A stretch of 64,000 nucleotides of DNA, taken from IMG/VR virus record IMGVR_UViG_2885028616_000003, positions 46,985 to 110,984 of that record; one strand, written 5' to 3'. Below are positions 19,258 to 28,585 of this stretch, in pieces. A model generated the notes under the pieces. It was not told where the DNA came from and made no database searches. It saw only the letters and a list, made by a program, of their open reading frames with translations. Positions within the stretch are counted from its first letter, which is position 1; each line of letters begins with the position of its first letter. Made by a program: the position numbers and the translations under genes. This DNA comes from a virus. Its lineage: Duplodnaviria > Caudoviricetes.

Positions 19258-20700
19258 TCAGTACGGGCTAATCTCGAAGTCGAGCTCTTCGTCGAGGTCC
19301 TCGTCCTCGACCAGCTCATCCGGTGGCGGGACGTGTGCCTTGGCGAGCATCACCGCGTCCGCCCGGTCCGGGGACGGGACGCCGCGCTTCTTCATGTCGT
19401 CCTTGGACTCGATCAGGACCTGGCCGCGGGCGGTGAACTTGTACTTCACCGTGCCGAGCTGCGCGGCGAGCTCGTCGTCATCGGGGTCGATGTCGATGTC
19501 GCCGTCCTCGAACCGCTGCCGCAGCCCCCACCACCACTCGGCGCGCGCGTTGGCGTAGTGCTCGGAGTCGAGCGCGGCGGCACCGGACTGCATGTCGACG
19601 ACGTCGTGGCCGGCCTCGAGGAGCTGGTCGACGACGCCGGAGCCGACGCCGACACCGTCCACGCGGATCTCGTCGACGCCGTGTTCGCGTTTGGCGACGA
19701 TGACGTGGCCGGTGGTCTCGGTGGTGCGCTGCTTGGCATGCTCGCCCACGACCCGGACGACGGGCCCCCGGGCGAGGGCGAGGATGGTCTCGTCCGCCCC
19801 GAACCGGGCGACGTCCACACCGAGAACCGAGTGGGGGCCGGGCTCCAGCGCGCGGGCCTGCGCGGCTTCGATCCACCGCGGGGAGATGAGGGTGTCGTCG
19901 CCGATCTCGGGGAACTCGCCGAGGCACTTGGCGACGAATCGTGGTGAGTTCTCGCCCCACCGCTTGCGCTTGTCCTCGACCCATTCCGGGGACAGCATCA
20001 GGTCCCGGACGTTGTCGGGGACGTCCTCGCCGGTGAAGTTCGGGGTGTCGTATCCGCTGATGCGGATGACCTTCCACCCGGAGCCGGGCTTGCAGACGTT
20101 CCCGAACTCGGTGTTGGGGTCGTCGGGGTTCCCGATCGCGAGGATCCGGCACGTGTCGGTGGTGGTGATCGCTTCGATGGCGGTCCACAGCTGTTCCGGC
20201 ACGCCGCAGGCTTCGTCGATGACCACCAGGACGTACTTGCGGTGGATGCCCTGGAAGCCGTGCTGGTCTTGGTCGGCGGGCTTGCGGCCCCACCCGACGA
20301 GGGTGCCGTCGTCGAGTTTCCACTCGTCCGATTGAAGGACCCGGCCGGGCAGCGGCTCGCCCTTGGCGTTCTTGGCGGCCTTGCGGATCTCTTCCCAGAG
20401 GATCGCGTGGACCTGCGCGTAGGTCGGTGCAGTCGAGACCACAAAGGCTTCGCCCGGCGGGTGGACGTCGATCCACCAGCATGCGATCTGGGCCGCGATG
20501 TGGGACTTCCCGGCGTTGTGGCAGGACTTGACGGCCGTCCGTTTGTGGTCGACGACCGCTTCGGCGATCTCCCGCTGTTTCGACCACAGGTAGCCGCCGA
20601 GCCGGTTCTGGACCCATCCCACGGGATTGCGGAGGTAGGGGCTGACCGGCGGCGGGTCGAACTGCCGCGCGGCGTACTCCCATGCGAGGTCAACGGCCAC
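19258..20700 (-). CDS. terL: Terminase large subunit
   Basis: Walker A SCHNAGKS, Walker B VVIDEACG, IGNP, nuclease GVDVARFG.D and SPDRADA. Confidence 0.95.
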   Translation of the reverse strand: MAVDLAWEYAARQFDPPPVSPYLRNPVGWVQNRLGGYLWSKQREIAEAVVDHKRTAVKSCHNAGKSHIAAQIACWWIDVHPPGEAFVVSTAPTYAQVHAILWEEIRKAAKNAKGEPLPGRVLQSDEWKLDDGTLVGWGRKPADQDQHGFQGIHRKYVLVVIDEACGVPEQLWTAIEAITTTDTCRILAIGNPDDPNTEFGNVCKPGSGWKVIRISGYDTPNFTGEDVPDNVRDLMLSPEWVEDKRKRWGENSPRFVAKCLGEFPEIGDDTLISPRWIEAAQARALEPGPHSVLGVDVARFGADETILALARGPVVRVVGEHAKQRTTETTGHVIVAKREHGVDEIRVDGVGVGSGVVDQLLEAGHDVVDMQSGAAALDSEHYANARAEWWWGLRQRFEDGDIDIDPDDDELAAQLGTVKYKFTARGQVLIESKDDMKKRGVPSPDRADAVMLAKAHVPPPDELVEDEDLDEELDFEISPY

Positions 20701-20903
20701 GGTGCACCTCCCCCGGGCGTGCCGGCGAAGGGATGGTCAGAGCGGGCGGCCGGGGCGGCACTGGGCGGGGTCGCGGGTCATGGCTTCGCGGGCCTTTCGG
20801 TGTCTTGCTGGCGGCCCGGGCGGGCACGCGGCTCTAGCGCCCGCCCGGGTTGTCGCGGGTGGGGCTGGTCCGGCCTGGGGCTGCGGGGCGGCCCGGGCAT
20901 GCG

Positions 20904-20929
20904 AAAGCCCGGCTCGAGGGCCGGGCTTT
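20904..20929 (-). terminator. Intrinsic terminator/attenuator hairpin upstream of terL
   Basis: AAAGCCCGGC-6nt-GCCGGGCTTT perfect stem. Confidence 0.65.
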
Positions 20930-20951
20930 GGAGACACGGGTGGTACTGCGA

Positions 20952-21179
20952 TCAGGGTGCTATAAGGACATCCGTTTCCGCAAGTTTCCGGCGCCGCTTC
21001 GGTGTGGCGAGTGTCATTTCGCGTACTTCATGCGACCAGTACAGGGTCCTGCGGGTGGCGACGTCGCATGCTGCGGGCCGGCACCGGGCGCGGATGGTGG
21101 CCTGGGAGCGGCTGTGTTCCACCGAGAGGGCTTCGCGGTCGGCGAGGATCCCGTGGCCGGGGATGAGTCGGACGATCAC
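20952..21179 (-). CDS. Small putative DNA-binding protein
   Basis: 75 aa basic; ADREAL...RSQATIRARC...LY pattern resembling a winged HTH. Confidence 0.5.
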   Translation of the reverse strand: MIVRLIPGHGILADREALSVEHSRSQATIRARCRPAACDVATRRTLYWSHEVREMTLATPKRRRKLAETDVLIAP

Positions 21180-21316
21180 ACCCCCATGATGCGTCAGTGA
21201 TTGCTCTCTGGCACCTCTCCCGGACTTCGGCCTTTGGCGTTGCGGCCTCCTGCGGAGGGCTCAGCGTACGACTTAAATGACGAGCTTTCTCAAATACGGG
21301 CGCATATGCTCGAACC

Positions 21317-22264
21317 ATGTCAACTCCTCCACGGTCCGCATTCGATGTCATGGCCGACGGCCTTGACCTCCTGGCGGAGGCCGTGATTGCTATGACAGAG
21401 GCGAACGGCGCTCCTCGACTCTTGTCCCCTGCCCATACAGACGAAGCCGCAGGGATAAAGCTGAAGGGAGACTGGAGCAGCAACCCAGGCCTTGATTCGA
21501 CTCTCGCGGCCAGGTTGCTCGTCACCTCCGCGACGGACCATTTGCAGTCCTTGGCAGCCGTGCTGCGCATGCCGGGTGGCGGGGGCATTTTTGGGACGTA
21601 CACGGTTGCACGCGGTGCGCTGGAAACGTCTGCCCGAGCATGGGACCTGCTCGGCCCTGGGCTGCCCATACGCGAGCGCGTCCGACGACACATGAACGAA
21701 CGCCTCCACAGCCTGAACGAGGCTCGCGCGCTTCTTAGCGGCATCGACGGCACCCATGCCCAGCAAGATGACCAAGAGGAGAAGATCCTTCGCTCTGCGA
21801 AGCAACACTCCTTTGAGGTCCACCGTGCACGGAAGTACAAAGCCGCGTATCTCGATACGCCAAGACCAAGAGTCGGCTCCCTCGCCGACGTATGCCTCCA
21901 GGCGTACACCGGCGAAAAGCAGTTCGGCCACATGGTCTACCGACTACTTTCAGCCCACGCACACGGAGTGAGCTATGGCCTGCTGCAACTACTGGGGCCA
22001 CCCGAGGACCTTCAGCAGGCAACACGGCCCGGAGTCGTGGCCCAGCAGGTGCGACACTCTTCCATCGAGGTCGCCACACGGCTTCTAGTCCCATTGGTTG
22101 TATACACCGCGATGATGCAGCGGTTCCTGGTCCACTACGGCTGGAGGGACGCGCGGTACGAGGTCGCGTTGCAGCGAGCATTGCGTGTCTGGCTCGACGT
22201 CGCGCTGGCGTCCGAAACAGATGGGCGTGATGCTGCCGGAGGCGCTGACCGACCCGACCAGTGA
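21317..22264 (+). CDS. Moron: putative HEPN-like (DUF5677-like) protein
   Basis: 315 aa, opposite strand, visibly lower GC; ARGALE and YRLLSAHAH (Rx4H) motifs. Confidence 0.6.
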   Translation: MSTPPRSAFDVMADGLDLLAEAVIAMTEANGAPRLLSPAHTDEAAGIKLKGDWSSNPGLDSTLAARLLVTSATDHLQSLAAVLRMPGGGGIFGTYTVARGALETSARAWDLLGPGLPIRERVRRHMNERLHSLNEARALLSGIDGTHAQQDDQEEKILRSAKQHSFEVHRARKYKAAYLDTPRPRVGSLADVCLQAYTGEKQFGHMVYRLLSAHAHGVSYGLLQLLGPPEDLQQATRPGVVAQQVRHSSIEVATRLLVPLVVYTAMMQRFLVHYGWRDARYEVALQRALRVWLDVALASETDGRDAAGGADRPDQ

Positions 22265-22352
22265 CAGACGTCCGCCGCTGGATCGAGTTGCCTTCCTGAC
22301 CGCTACCGGCAACAACGCCCACTGCCTGCCGGCCGTAAGGCACGCTTCGTCC

Positions 22353-22946
22353 GTGGTTACTCCAAGTCGCCGCTGGGTCGCCCCAGGCATCGCAGCGTTG
22401 GCCGGCGCGCTCTGCCTCACCCTCGGAGCGTGTGGGTCCTCCAGTGGCAAGTCGGCTGCGCCGGCGGCGCCGAGCTCGCCGAAGCCTGCCGCGCCGCCGG
22501 CCCCGTCCCCCAGTGAGACGCCGCGGCTGGGGAAGCCTGTGCATCTCCAGACTGGCGAGTACAGGTCCAGCGCGGCAGTGTTCGCGTTCCGGCAGCCGCT
22601 CAGCAGCCGGTTCCCGCCGGACCGTGAGGGATACGTCTTCGCGGGCCTGGACGTCCGCGTCTGCCTGGACAAGGGGCCGGGACCCTCGACGGTGTCGTGG
22701 GAGCCGTGGTCGTTGACCTACCCGGACGACACGACGATCGACCCGGTCAACTCCTGGTCGGACGACTGGTTCACGGTCCCGCTGTTCCCGGGCGCCGGGT
22801 TCGAGAAGACGCTCCGCCCGGGCAGGTGCATGCGGGGCTGGGTGCTGTTCGAGGTACCGAAGGGGAAGCGGCCGTCCCTGGCCGAGTACGCGCCGACGGA
22901 TCTCGACGGGGAGCGGATCACCGACGGGCCGTCGTGGAAGCTGTGA
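22353..22946 (+). CDS. Moron lipoprotein (DUF4352-like)
   Basis: Signal peptide with lipobox LGAC, Pro/Ser linker, LRPGRCMRGWVLFEVP. Confidence 0.75.
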   Translation: MVTPSRRWVAPGIAALAGALCLTLGACGSSSGKSAAPAAPSSPKPAAPPAPSPSETPRLGKPVHLQTGEYRSSAAVFAFRQPLSSRFPPDREGYVFAGLDVRVCLDKGPGPSTVSWEPWSLTYPDDTTIDPVNSWSDDWFTVPLFPGAGFEKTLRPGRCMRGWVLFEVPKGKRPSLAEYAPTDLDGERITDGPSWKL

Positions 22947-23142
22947 GATCTGGCGTGGGGCTGTCGGATCGGCGGGGGCGGCCGTATTCTGGGCGGTGAC
23001 TCTGTTGAGGGGTCAATCTGCGATGGGGCCGGCGGTGTCTCACCAGGCGTTCGCGCCTGTACCGCCGGCCCCGTTTCGCGTTCCGCAGCTGGGCTCGTGT
23101 GGAGGAGGTGCCGCCCCGGCCGGGGCCGGGGCGGCGGGTCAC

Positions 23143-23520
23143 TCAGTCCTGGTGGCCTCGTAGGTCCAGGATCACGTCCCAGCGAATGATGATCCGCGTG
23201 AGTTGAGTGACGACGAACTCGACTTTCCACCACTCGAAGTCCTGCTCGACTTGGAAGAGGTAATCGGCTGCGGTCATCCAGTCGATCACCAGTCCCCGGA
23301 CGTGTTCGCGGTGCTTGGTGTCCATGGGGATGTCGTTGAGGAGTGCGAGTGCCCTGGTGAGGGTTCCTTCGAGATCGGCGCTGAGGTAGGGGTCCACCGT
23401 CGCGGGGATCTCGATGGGGATCGGGAGGCCTTGCAGGGCCTTGATCACGAACCCGAAGGCTGTGACCAGTTTGAGGGTGACCTCTGCGAGCAGGTCGTCC
23501 CGGTCGTCGCGGTAGTCCAT
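23143..23520 (-). CDS. Hypothetical acidic helical protein
   Basis: 125 aa with GGAGGA RBS inside left arm of inverted repeat. Confidence 0.75.
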   Translation of the reverse strand: MDYRDDRDDLLAEVTLKLVTAFGFVIKALQGLPIPIEIPATVDPYLSADLEGTLTRALALLNDIPMDTKHREHVRGLVIDWMTAADYLFQVEQDFEWWKVEFVVTQLTRIIIRWDVILDLRGHQD

Positions 23521-23777
23521 CGGACTTCCTCCACTGTTGAGTTTTCAATCTGCGGGTGCCGGTCCGGGGGTCTCACTCCCCGTCCCGACACCACTAACTA
23601 TACCATGTTTCTGTACCTAGCGGGAATGGTCCGGCAGCGAAATCGCGGCCGCTTTGGTGGCCCTATCCGTTTCCGCGAGTACAGATTCATGGTATAGTTA
23701 GTGATGTCAGGGCGAGGGAGTGAGACCCCGAACCCCGGCGAACGCAGATTGACAACTCAACAGTGGAGGAATCCATG
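23518..23777. repeat. About 108 bp imperfect inverted repeat forming twin divergent promoter-leaders
   Basis: Arms 23518-23626 and 23671-23777, each CATGGTATAGTTAGTG...GCAGATTGAMAACTCAACAGTGGAGGA then ATG. Confidence 0.92.
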
Positions 23778-24299
23778 GGGAAGCGAACGTCCACCCACGA
23801 GGTATCCCTCGCGGTCCGGCTCGTCGGCTGGCACGAGGCGACCACCGAACGCACCGACTCGGCGGTACAGGTCCTGATCCCCGGAGCGGCCATCACCCTC
23901 TCCGACCGGCGCGCCGTCAGCGCCGTGTTCAGGGCGTGGATCGAAGCCCGGCTCGTCGGCCGGAAGGTGTTCAACGACCAAGGCGCCCGGTCCTACCTCG
24001 CGGTCCGGCCGCAGATCACCGCGGCGGTCCACTTCCAGGACTGGCCGTACGAGTTCCAACCGGTGATCACCGGCAAGGGGCCGCTTTACAGCCCGAGCGG
24101 GTGCGGCCAGGTCATCGTCCAGATGCGCCAGTTCACGGTCGTCTGCGACGACCGGGCCGCCTGGGAGGTCCAGTACCAGGTGTGGCGACACGCCTACGAA
24201 CTGGCCGCCGACCTCTGGGAGCTCTACCCGGTCCACATCTACGAACCGATGATCGCCGAACGGATCGCCGACCGGCTGTTCGGGGACGGCCCGGGATGA
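23775..24299 (+). CDS. Hypothetical protein
   Basis: 174 aa, ATG after GGAGGA in right arm of inverted repeat. Confidence 0.75.
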   Translation: MGKRTSTHEVSLAVRLVGWHEATTERTDSAVQVLIPGAAITLSDRRAVSAVFRAWIEARLVGRKVFNDQGARSYLAVRPQITAAVHFQDWPYEFQPVITGKGPLYSPSGCGQVIVQMRQFTVVCDDRAAWEVQYQVWRHAYELAADLWELYPVHIYEPMIAERIADRLFGDGPG

Positions 24300-24426
24300 C
24301 AGCAAAGGGGGCGGGCACCCGCCCGCCCCCGCCTCTCCCCAACGGTTATCCACAAACACGGAACCCCGGGCCCCCGAAGCCCGCAGGCCCGCACAGTGAC
24401 ATACGCACCCACACGCAGGAGGAGAG

Positions 24427-24684
24427 ATGTTCGAGATCTGGGAGACCGGCGCGCCCGGGCGCCGGCTCGGCGAGGCCGACGACTGGGATGCCGCCGTCGG
24501 TGAGCTGGACGCTGAGTGCGAGCGGCGGTACCGCCAGGCCGCCGCAGCCGGCGGGGCCGGCCGGTGCCGGTTCGAGATCCGCGAGGACGGCCAGACCGCA
24601 GCGGTCCTGTCGTGGGCACCGGACCTCACCCGGCCGTACGAGTCCGCCGTCGCGGCGCTACGCGAGTACGGGGAGATGCCGTGA
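24427..24684 (+). CDS. Hypothetical protein
   Basis: 85 aa, AGGAGGAG RBS. Confidence 0.7.
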   Translation: MFEIWETGAPGRRLGEADDWDAAVGELDAECERRYRQAAAAGGAGRCRFEIREDGQTAAVLSWAPDLTRPYESAVAALREYGEMP

Positions 24685-25097
24685 TCCCGCAGGGCCGGGC
24701 CGTGGTGGACGCCGCAGGTGCGGCGCAACTGCTCGGGATGGCTTATCAGACGTTCCGGAACCAGGGGGTGACGGGCGAGCCGGGGTTCCCCGCGCCGGTG
24801 AACCGCGGCCGCCGCAAGCTGCTGTACGACCGCGCCCAGGTCGAGGCGTACAGCGACGGTCGGCCGCTGCCGCCGCTGCCCGAGCCCGGCCACCCGGATG
24901 ATCTGCTGGACGAGCGGGACATCGCCGACGCGCGCGGGGTCGCGCACCCGACGGTGACCAAGGAGCGCCACACGGGCCGGCTGGTCGATTTCGTCGAGGT
25001 GTGCGGCGTGCCGCACCTGCGGCGCGGCGCGTTGGAAGAGCAGTTGCGCGAGCGTCCGGGACGCGGCGTCGGCGGCGGCCGGCCGCGGAAGAGATAG
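24681..25097 (+). CDS. Tandem AlpA/excisionase-like HTH protein
   Basis: GTGA overlap; VDAAGAAQLLGMAYQTF..GFPAP..LLYDRAQV; second HTH LLDERDIA; GGGRPRK tail. Confidence 0.72.
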   Translation: MIPQGRAVVDAAGAAQLLGMAYQTFRNQGVTGEPGFPAPVNRGRRKLLYDRAQVEAYSDGRPLPPLPEPGHPDDLLDERDIADARGVAHPTVTKERHTGRLVDFVEVCGVPHLRRGALEEQLRERPGRGVGGGRPRKR

Positions 25098-25176
25098 CAG
25101 AGAGTGGTGTTCGGCTGCCTGGGGGGCGGCCGCCCCACCTGAGTCCACCTGTTGAGGCATCTGCCTTGCTCGACAT

Positions 25177-25222
25177 GAAGGGGCCGATGCCCGGGGCCGC
25201 AGCCTCGGGCATCGGCCCCTTC
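25177..25222. terminator. Long hairpin between convergent genes
   Basis: GAAGGGGCCGATGCCCGGGGC-CGCA-GCCTCGGGCATCGGCCCCTTC. Confidence 0.8.
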
Positions 25223-25256
25223 GCTGTTGCCGCGCGCCTCGCCGCTCGTGGGGCGC

Positions 25257-25724
25257 TCAGAGGCGCGGATCGTTGAGGAGCCGGAAGTCCCGGTATCCCT
25301 CGCCGGCCCGCACCGCAGTGAAGAACCTGCCGGGCAGCTCGTTGGCCGGCAGGCCAGCGTCGGAGGCGATGACGTCCGCGGGGATCCGCAGGGGGGCGCG
25401 GTGGTCGTGGTCGGGTGTGATGAGTTCGGCGGTGTCGCCGAAGGTGAGGAGCACCCGAACCGTCACCCGGCCCGGCTCCGCGGCCTCGGCCGAGTGGTCC
25501 TGCAGGTCGGTGCGGGCTCCCTGGCCTGGGCGTTTGTGGTTGAGGATCGTGAGGGGTCTCCACACCGGCGACTGGCCGAAGCGGTCGTCTTCCTTGGGAA
25601 GCTCGCCGCGCCGGCGGGAGCGGTAGACCCGGACGGTGTCCGCGCTGACGCCCAGGAAGGCGGCGACGTCGGCCACGGTCCAGAACTCCTTGTCCGGGTC
25701 GCCCAGCGGGCGGTCTTCGCCCAT
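25257..25724 (-). CDS. AlpA/MerR-like HTH regulator
   Basis: WTVADVAAFLGVSADTVRVYRSR..LP..D..FG.SPVW...RPGQGARTDL. Confidence 0.78.
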   Translation of the reverse strand: MGEDRPLGDPDKEFWTVADVAAFLGVSADTVRVYRSRRRGELPKEDDRFGQSPVWRPLTILNHKRPGQGARTDLQDHSAEAAEPGRVTVRVLLTFGDTAELITPDHDHRAPLRIPADVIASDAGLPANELPGRFFTAVRAGEGYRDFRLLNDPRL

Positions 25725-25927
25725 GGCGCCGCCTCTCTTTGTTAGTGCAGGAGAAGCAAAGTGTAGGGCGGCCGCGGCCGGGTGAGGCGGTAGGGGGCGG
25801 GCGGGTGTCGCGGTGGGCATGACGGTTCCTCTCCATGTCGGACGCAGGGCTGGCGCTCGAGCGGGGCGGCGCGCGGGCCGGGCGCCGACGGTTCGGCCGA
25901 CGCCCGGCGGACGAGGTGCCGCGCGGG

Positions 25928-26155
25928 TCAGCCGGCGCGGCCCGCGCTCGGCGGGTTGCTTGCCCAGGCGGCGAGGACCTCGCCGCCGAGCGGCCCGGCC
26001 ATGTGCTTGCGGTGGGCGGCGTCGGCCAGGTGCGCGAGGGCCTCGGCAGCCTCGCCGGCCGTGACCGGCGGGCGGCCCGGCCCGCGCAGCTCCGGGAGCA
26101 GGAAGCCGGTCAGCTTGTTGATGGCGTAGACGTCGTCGTTCGTGGTGACGGCCAT
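25928..26155 (-). CDS. Hypothetical protein
   Basis: 75 aa in DUF932 operon, GAGG RBS. Confidence 0.6.
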   Translation of the reverse strand: MAVTTNDDVYAINKLTGFLLPELRGPGRPPVTAGEAAEALAHLADAAHRKHMAGPLGGEVLAAWASNPPSAGRAG

Positions 26156-26249
26156 GTGGTGTTTCCTCGGGGTTTTTGTGCTGTGTCGCGCGGGGTGCCC
26201 GGGGGGGGGCGACGTGCAGTCGGCCCCCCGGGGCCTGGTCGGCGTCGTG

Positions 26250-26618
26250 TCACCTGGGCGGCTTGGTGGCGGCCGTGGCCGTCAGTTCCACCCAGATGGT
26301 TTCGGCGAGGTCGGCGTGCTCGACGCGGACGCCGGTGCCGGTGACCGCGCCGGTGATGGCGTGGTCGAGGTCGGTCGCGTCGAGGGGCCAGTGCGAGGTG
26401 CATTCGACCTCGACGAGGCGCCGGTACCGGTGGGGCGGGTCGTCGGCGGGCGGGAGGTCCTCGGCCGGGGTTTCCGGGGCGACGCCGTGGTCGGTGAGCC
26501 ACCTGTTGACGGTGTTGACCGTGTCGGAGCCGGGCCAGGACCCGTCGCTGTGCTCGATGTCCTTCAGGCGGCGCAGCAGGCCGATTACGGGGCCCGGGAC
26601 GCGGTTCCAGTTCGTCAT
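26250..26618 (-). CDS. Hypothetical protein
   Basis: 122 aa from MTNWNR, AAAGGA RBS. Confidence 0.6.
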   Translation of the reverse strand: MTNWNRVPGPVIGLLRRLKDIEHSDGSWPGSDTVNTVNRWLTDHGVAPETPAEDLPPADDPPHRYRRLVEVECTSHWPLDATDLDHAITGAVTGTGVRVEHADLAETIWVELTATAATKPPR

Positions 26619-26695
26619 GTGTCGCTGTCCTTTCGGGGCATGGGGTGGAGGCCGGTGGCCGTCCCGGGCGGGGGGCGGGGGCGGCCACCGGCGGG

Positions 26696-26935
26696 TCAGG
26701 CGACCAGTTCCAGCCCTTCGGGCTTGATCTCGGTGATGGAGCGGTCGAGCGTGTAGTCGTAGGTGTCGTCGCCCTCGATCTCCGCGCACAGCGACGCCAG
26801 TTCGTCCGGGTCGAGGCAACCGTTCTCGTCGAGGGCGTTTTCGAGGTCCTCGCGGGTGAAGCGGTGGCTGTGCTCCTCGGTCAGCGTCCAGGTGAGGGTG
26901 ACAGCCTCGGCCTCGCAGACCACGCGGATACTCAC
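26696..26935 (-). CDS. Small acidic protein
   Basis: 79 aa, very Asp/Glu-rich; GTGA overlap. Confidence 0.65.
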   Translation of the reverse strand: MSIRVVCEAEAVTLTWTLTEEHSHRFTREDLENALDENGCLDPDELASLCAEIEGDDTYDYTLDRSITEIKPEGLELVA

Positions 26936-27243
26936 CGCTGGCTCTCTGCGGCCAGGCGCGCGATGGCGTCGGAGGCGGCGGCCAGGGCGGTCATGTCGGC
27001 CGGGGTGAGCGCGGCGAGGAGGCCGCCCAGCCCGGCGCGCTGAAGCGCGAGGAAGGCGCGGACCTTCTCCACGTGCTTGTCGTCGATGTGCGGGTCACTC
27101 GGGCGGCGGAATCGGTAGTGCGGGCAGGTGCAGGTCATCTCGCCGCTGGGGGTGCGGGTGACGGTGTAGACGATGCCGAGGTGCTCTTCGGAGGGCACCT
27201 GCCAGGCGGTCGCCTGGATCTCGTCGGTCAGGTTCGGGGGCAT
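26932..27243 (-). CDS. SWIM zinc-finger-like protein
   Basis: YTV...CTCP.YRFR...DKH (last Cys replaced by Asp). Confidence 0.65.
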   Translation of the reverse strand: MPPNLTDEIQATAWQVPSEEHLGIVYTVTRTPSGEMTCTCPHYRFRRPSDPHIDDKHVEKVRAFLALQRAGLGGLLAALTPADMTALAAASDAIARLAAESQR

Positions 27244-27327
27244 CGGGCGTGTTCCTTCCTGGTGGGGTGTGCGGCTCGGGGTGGGACCGTCCCCGGGGCC
27301 AGCCGCACCCGGCCCCGGGGACGGTGG

Positions 27328-28566
27328 TCAGCGGCGGACGAGGGTCATCAGGCGGCGGTGCGCGCGGGTCTTGAGGGCGTCGTCGCTGCCCTCGACCAGC
27401 GCGGTCGCGCGGGCGATCTCCTCGCTCATCGACTTGCCGGGCCGCTTGGGGGCGACGTGGTCGAGGTAGTCGGTGATGGCGCGCTCGGCGGCGTAGGCGG
27501 TGCGGCCCGCCCGCTGCTCCTCGGCGCGGAACATCGCGACGAGCTGCTCGGTGCGGCGGGCCTCGTTGTTGCGGGCCCGCTGGCTGTCGTCGTCGCCGGT
27601 GGGCTCCCACACGTCCGCGATCACCTTGTGGAACTCGGCCAGCGCCAGGTCGGTGCGGGCCAGCGCGGTCTCCTCGGCCGCGAACGCGTCGGCGTACCTG
27701 ACGGTGAGGCCGAGGGTGCGGCGGGCCTCGTCGATGCGGTCCAGCGCGCCGGAGGTGTGGCGGATCGTCCAGCGGTACTTGGCGTCGCGGACCGCGAACC
27801 GCTCGGTGTTGCCGCAGACGGGCCGCCACGGGGTCACGACCGCCTGGGCGGACGAGGACCCGTCGTGGGAGTTGATCGCGACGATGAACAGGGCGATCTC
27901 GTCGGCGATGCCGCCGGGGTCGACGGTGACGTTGCTCGGGACGCGCATGGACACGAACACGCGGCGGCCGCCCCGGACCGCTCCGGCGGACTGCCAGATC
28001 ACGCCGTGGCGGGCGACGAGGTCTTCCAGGAAGGTGAACAGGCGCCGGTTCTGGATCTCGGTGTATTTGCGGCCGACGACGCCGAGGGGGGCGCCGGTGT
28101 CGTCGCGGAGGGTGACGTACTGGTCGCCCATGACGTGAAGGTCGCCGCCGAAGGAGTAGCGGACGGGGCGCTTCTCGACCTGCCAGTTGATGCCGCCGAG
28201 GCGGAGCACTTCGGTGATGTCGGAGGTGCCGCCGGGGATGTGGTTGCCGAGGCTGTGCCAGGCGGGGACGGCGGTGTAGAGGGCGACGTCGCCGGTGGCG
28301 GTGGTGTCCAGGCCGTGGTCGGCGACGATCGCGGCGATGTGGCCTGCGGCGTTGCGGTTGACGGTGAAGGTCTCGCCCGCGTCCCAACCTTGGGTGACGC
28401 GGTAGCGGTTGGGGGCGATCTGGGTCATGCGGCCTTCGGCGACCTCGGACTCCAGCCAGGCGATCCGATCCGTGTGGGCCTTGATCTGCTGTTCGCGTGC
28501 GGTGCGTCTGGCGTTGAGCTGGTCGGTCTTCTCGGTGGCGAACGCGGCGTTCACGTCGATGGCCAT
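27328..28566 (-). CDS. DUF932 family phage/plasmid protein
   Basis: PAWH.LG...LGVVG..Y..IQN...GG.RVF...NSHDGS...RPVCGNT...IRHT. Confidence 0.9.
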   Translation of the reverse strand: MAIDVNAAFATEKTDQLNARRTAREQQIKAHTDRIAWLESEVAEGRMTQIAPNRYRVTQGWDAGETFTVNRNAAGHIAAIVADHGLDTTATGDVALYTAVPAWHSLGNHIPGGTSDITEVLRLGGINWQVEKRPVRYSFGGDLHVMGDQYVTLRDDTGAPLGVVGRKYTEIQNRRLFTFLEDLVARHGVIWQSAGAVRGGRRVFVSMRVPSNVTVDPGGIADEIALFIVAINSHDGSSSAQAVVTPWRPVCGNTERFAVRDAKYRWTIRHTSGALDRIDEARRTLGLTVRYADAFAAEETALARTDLALAEFHKVIADVWEPTGDDDSQRARNNEARRTEQLVAMFRAEEQRAGRTAYAAERAITDYLDHVAPKRPGKSMSEEIARATALVEGSDDALKTRAHRRLMTLVRR

Positions 28567-28585
28567 GGGGTGCCTCCCGTCCAGA

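Noticed and set aside
16-20700. Many long plus-strand ORFs opposite the structural genes
   Set aside because: Antisense shadows typical of high-GC coding DNA
24346-24354. Perfect DnaA box TTATCCACA
   Set aside because: Single isolated copy with no iterons or rep gene nearby
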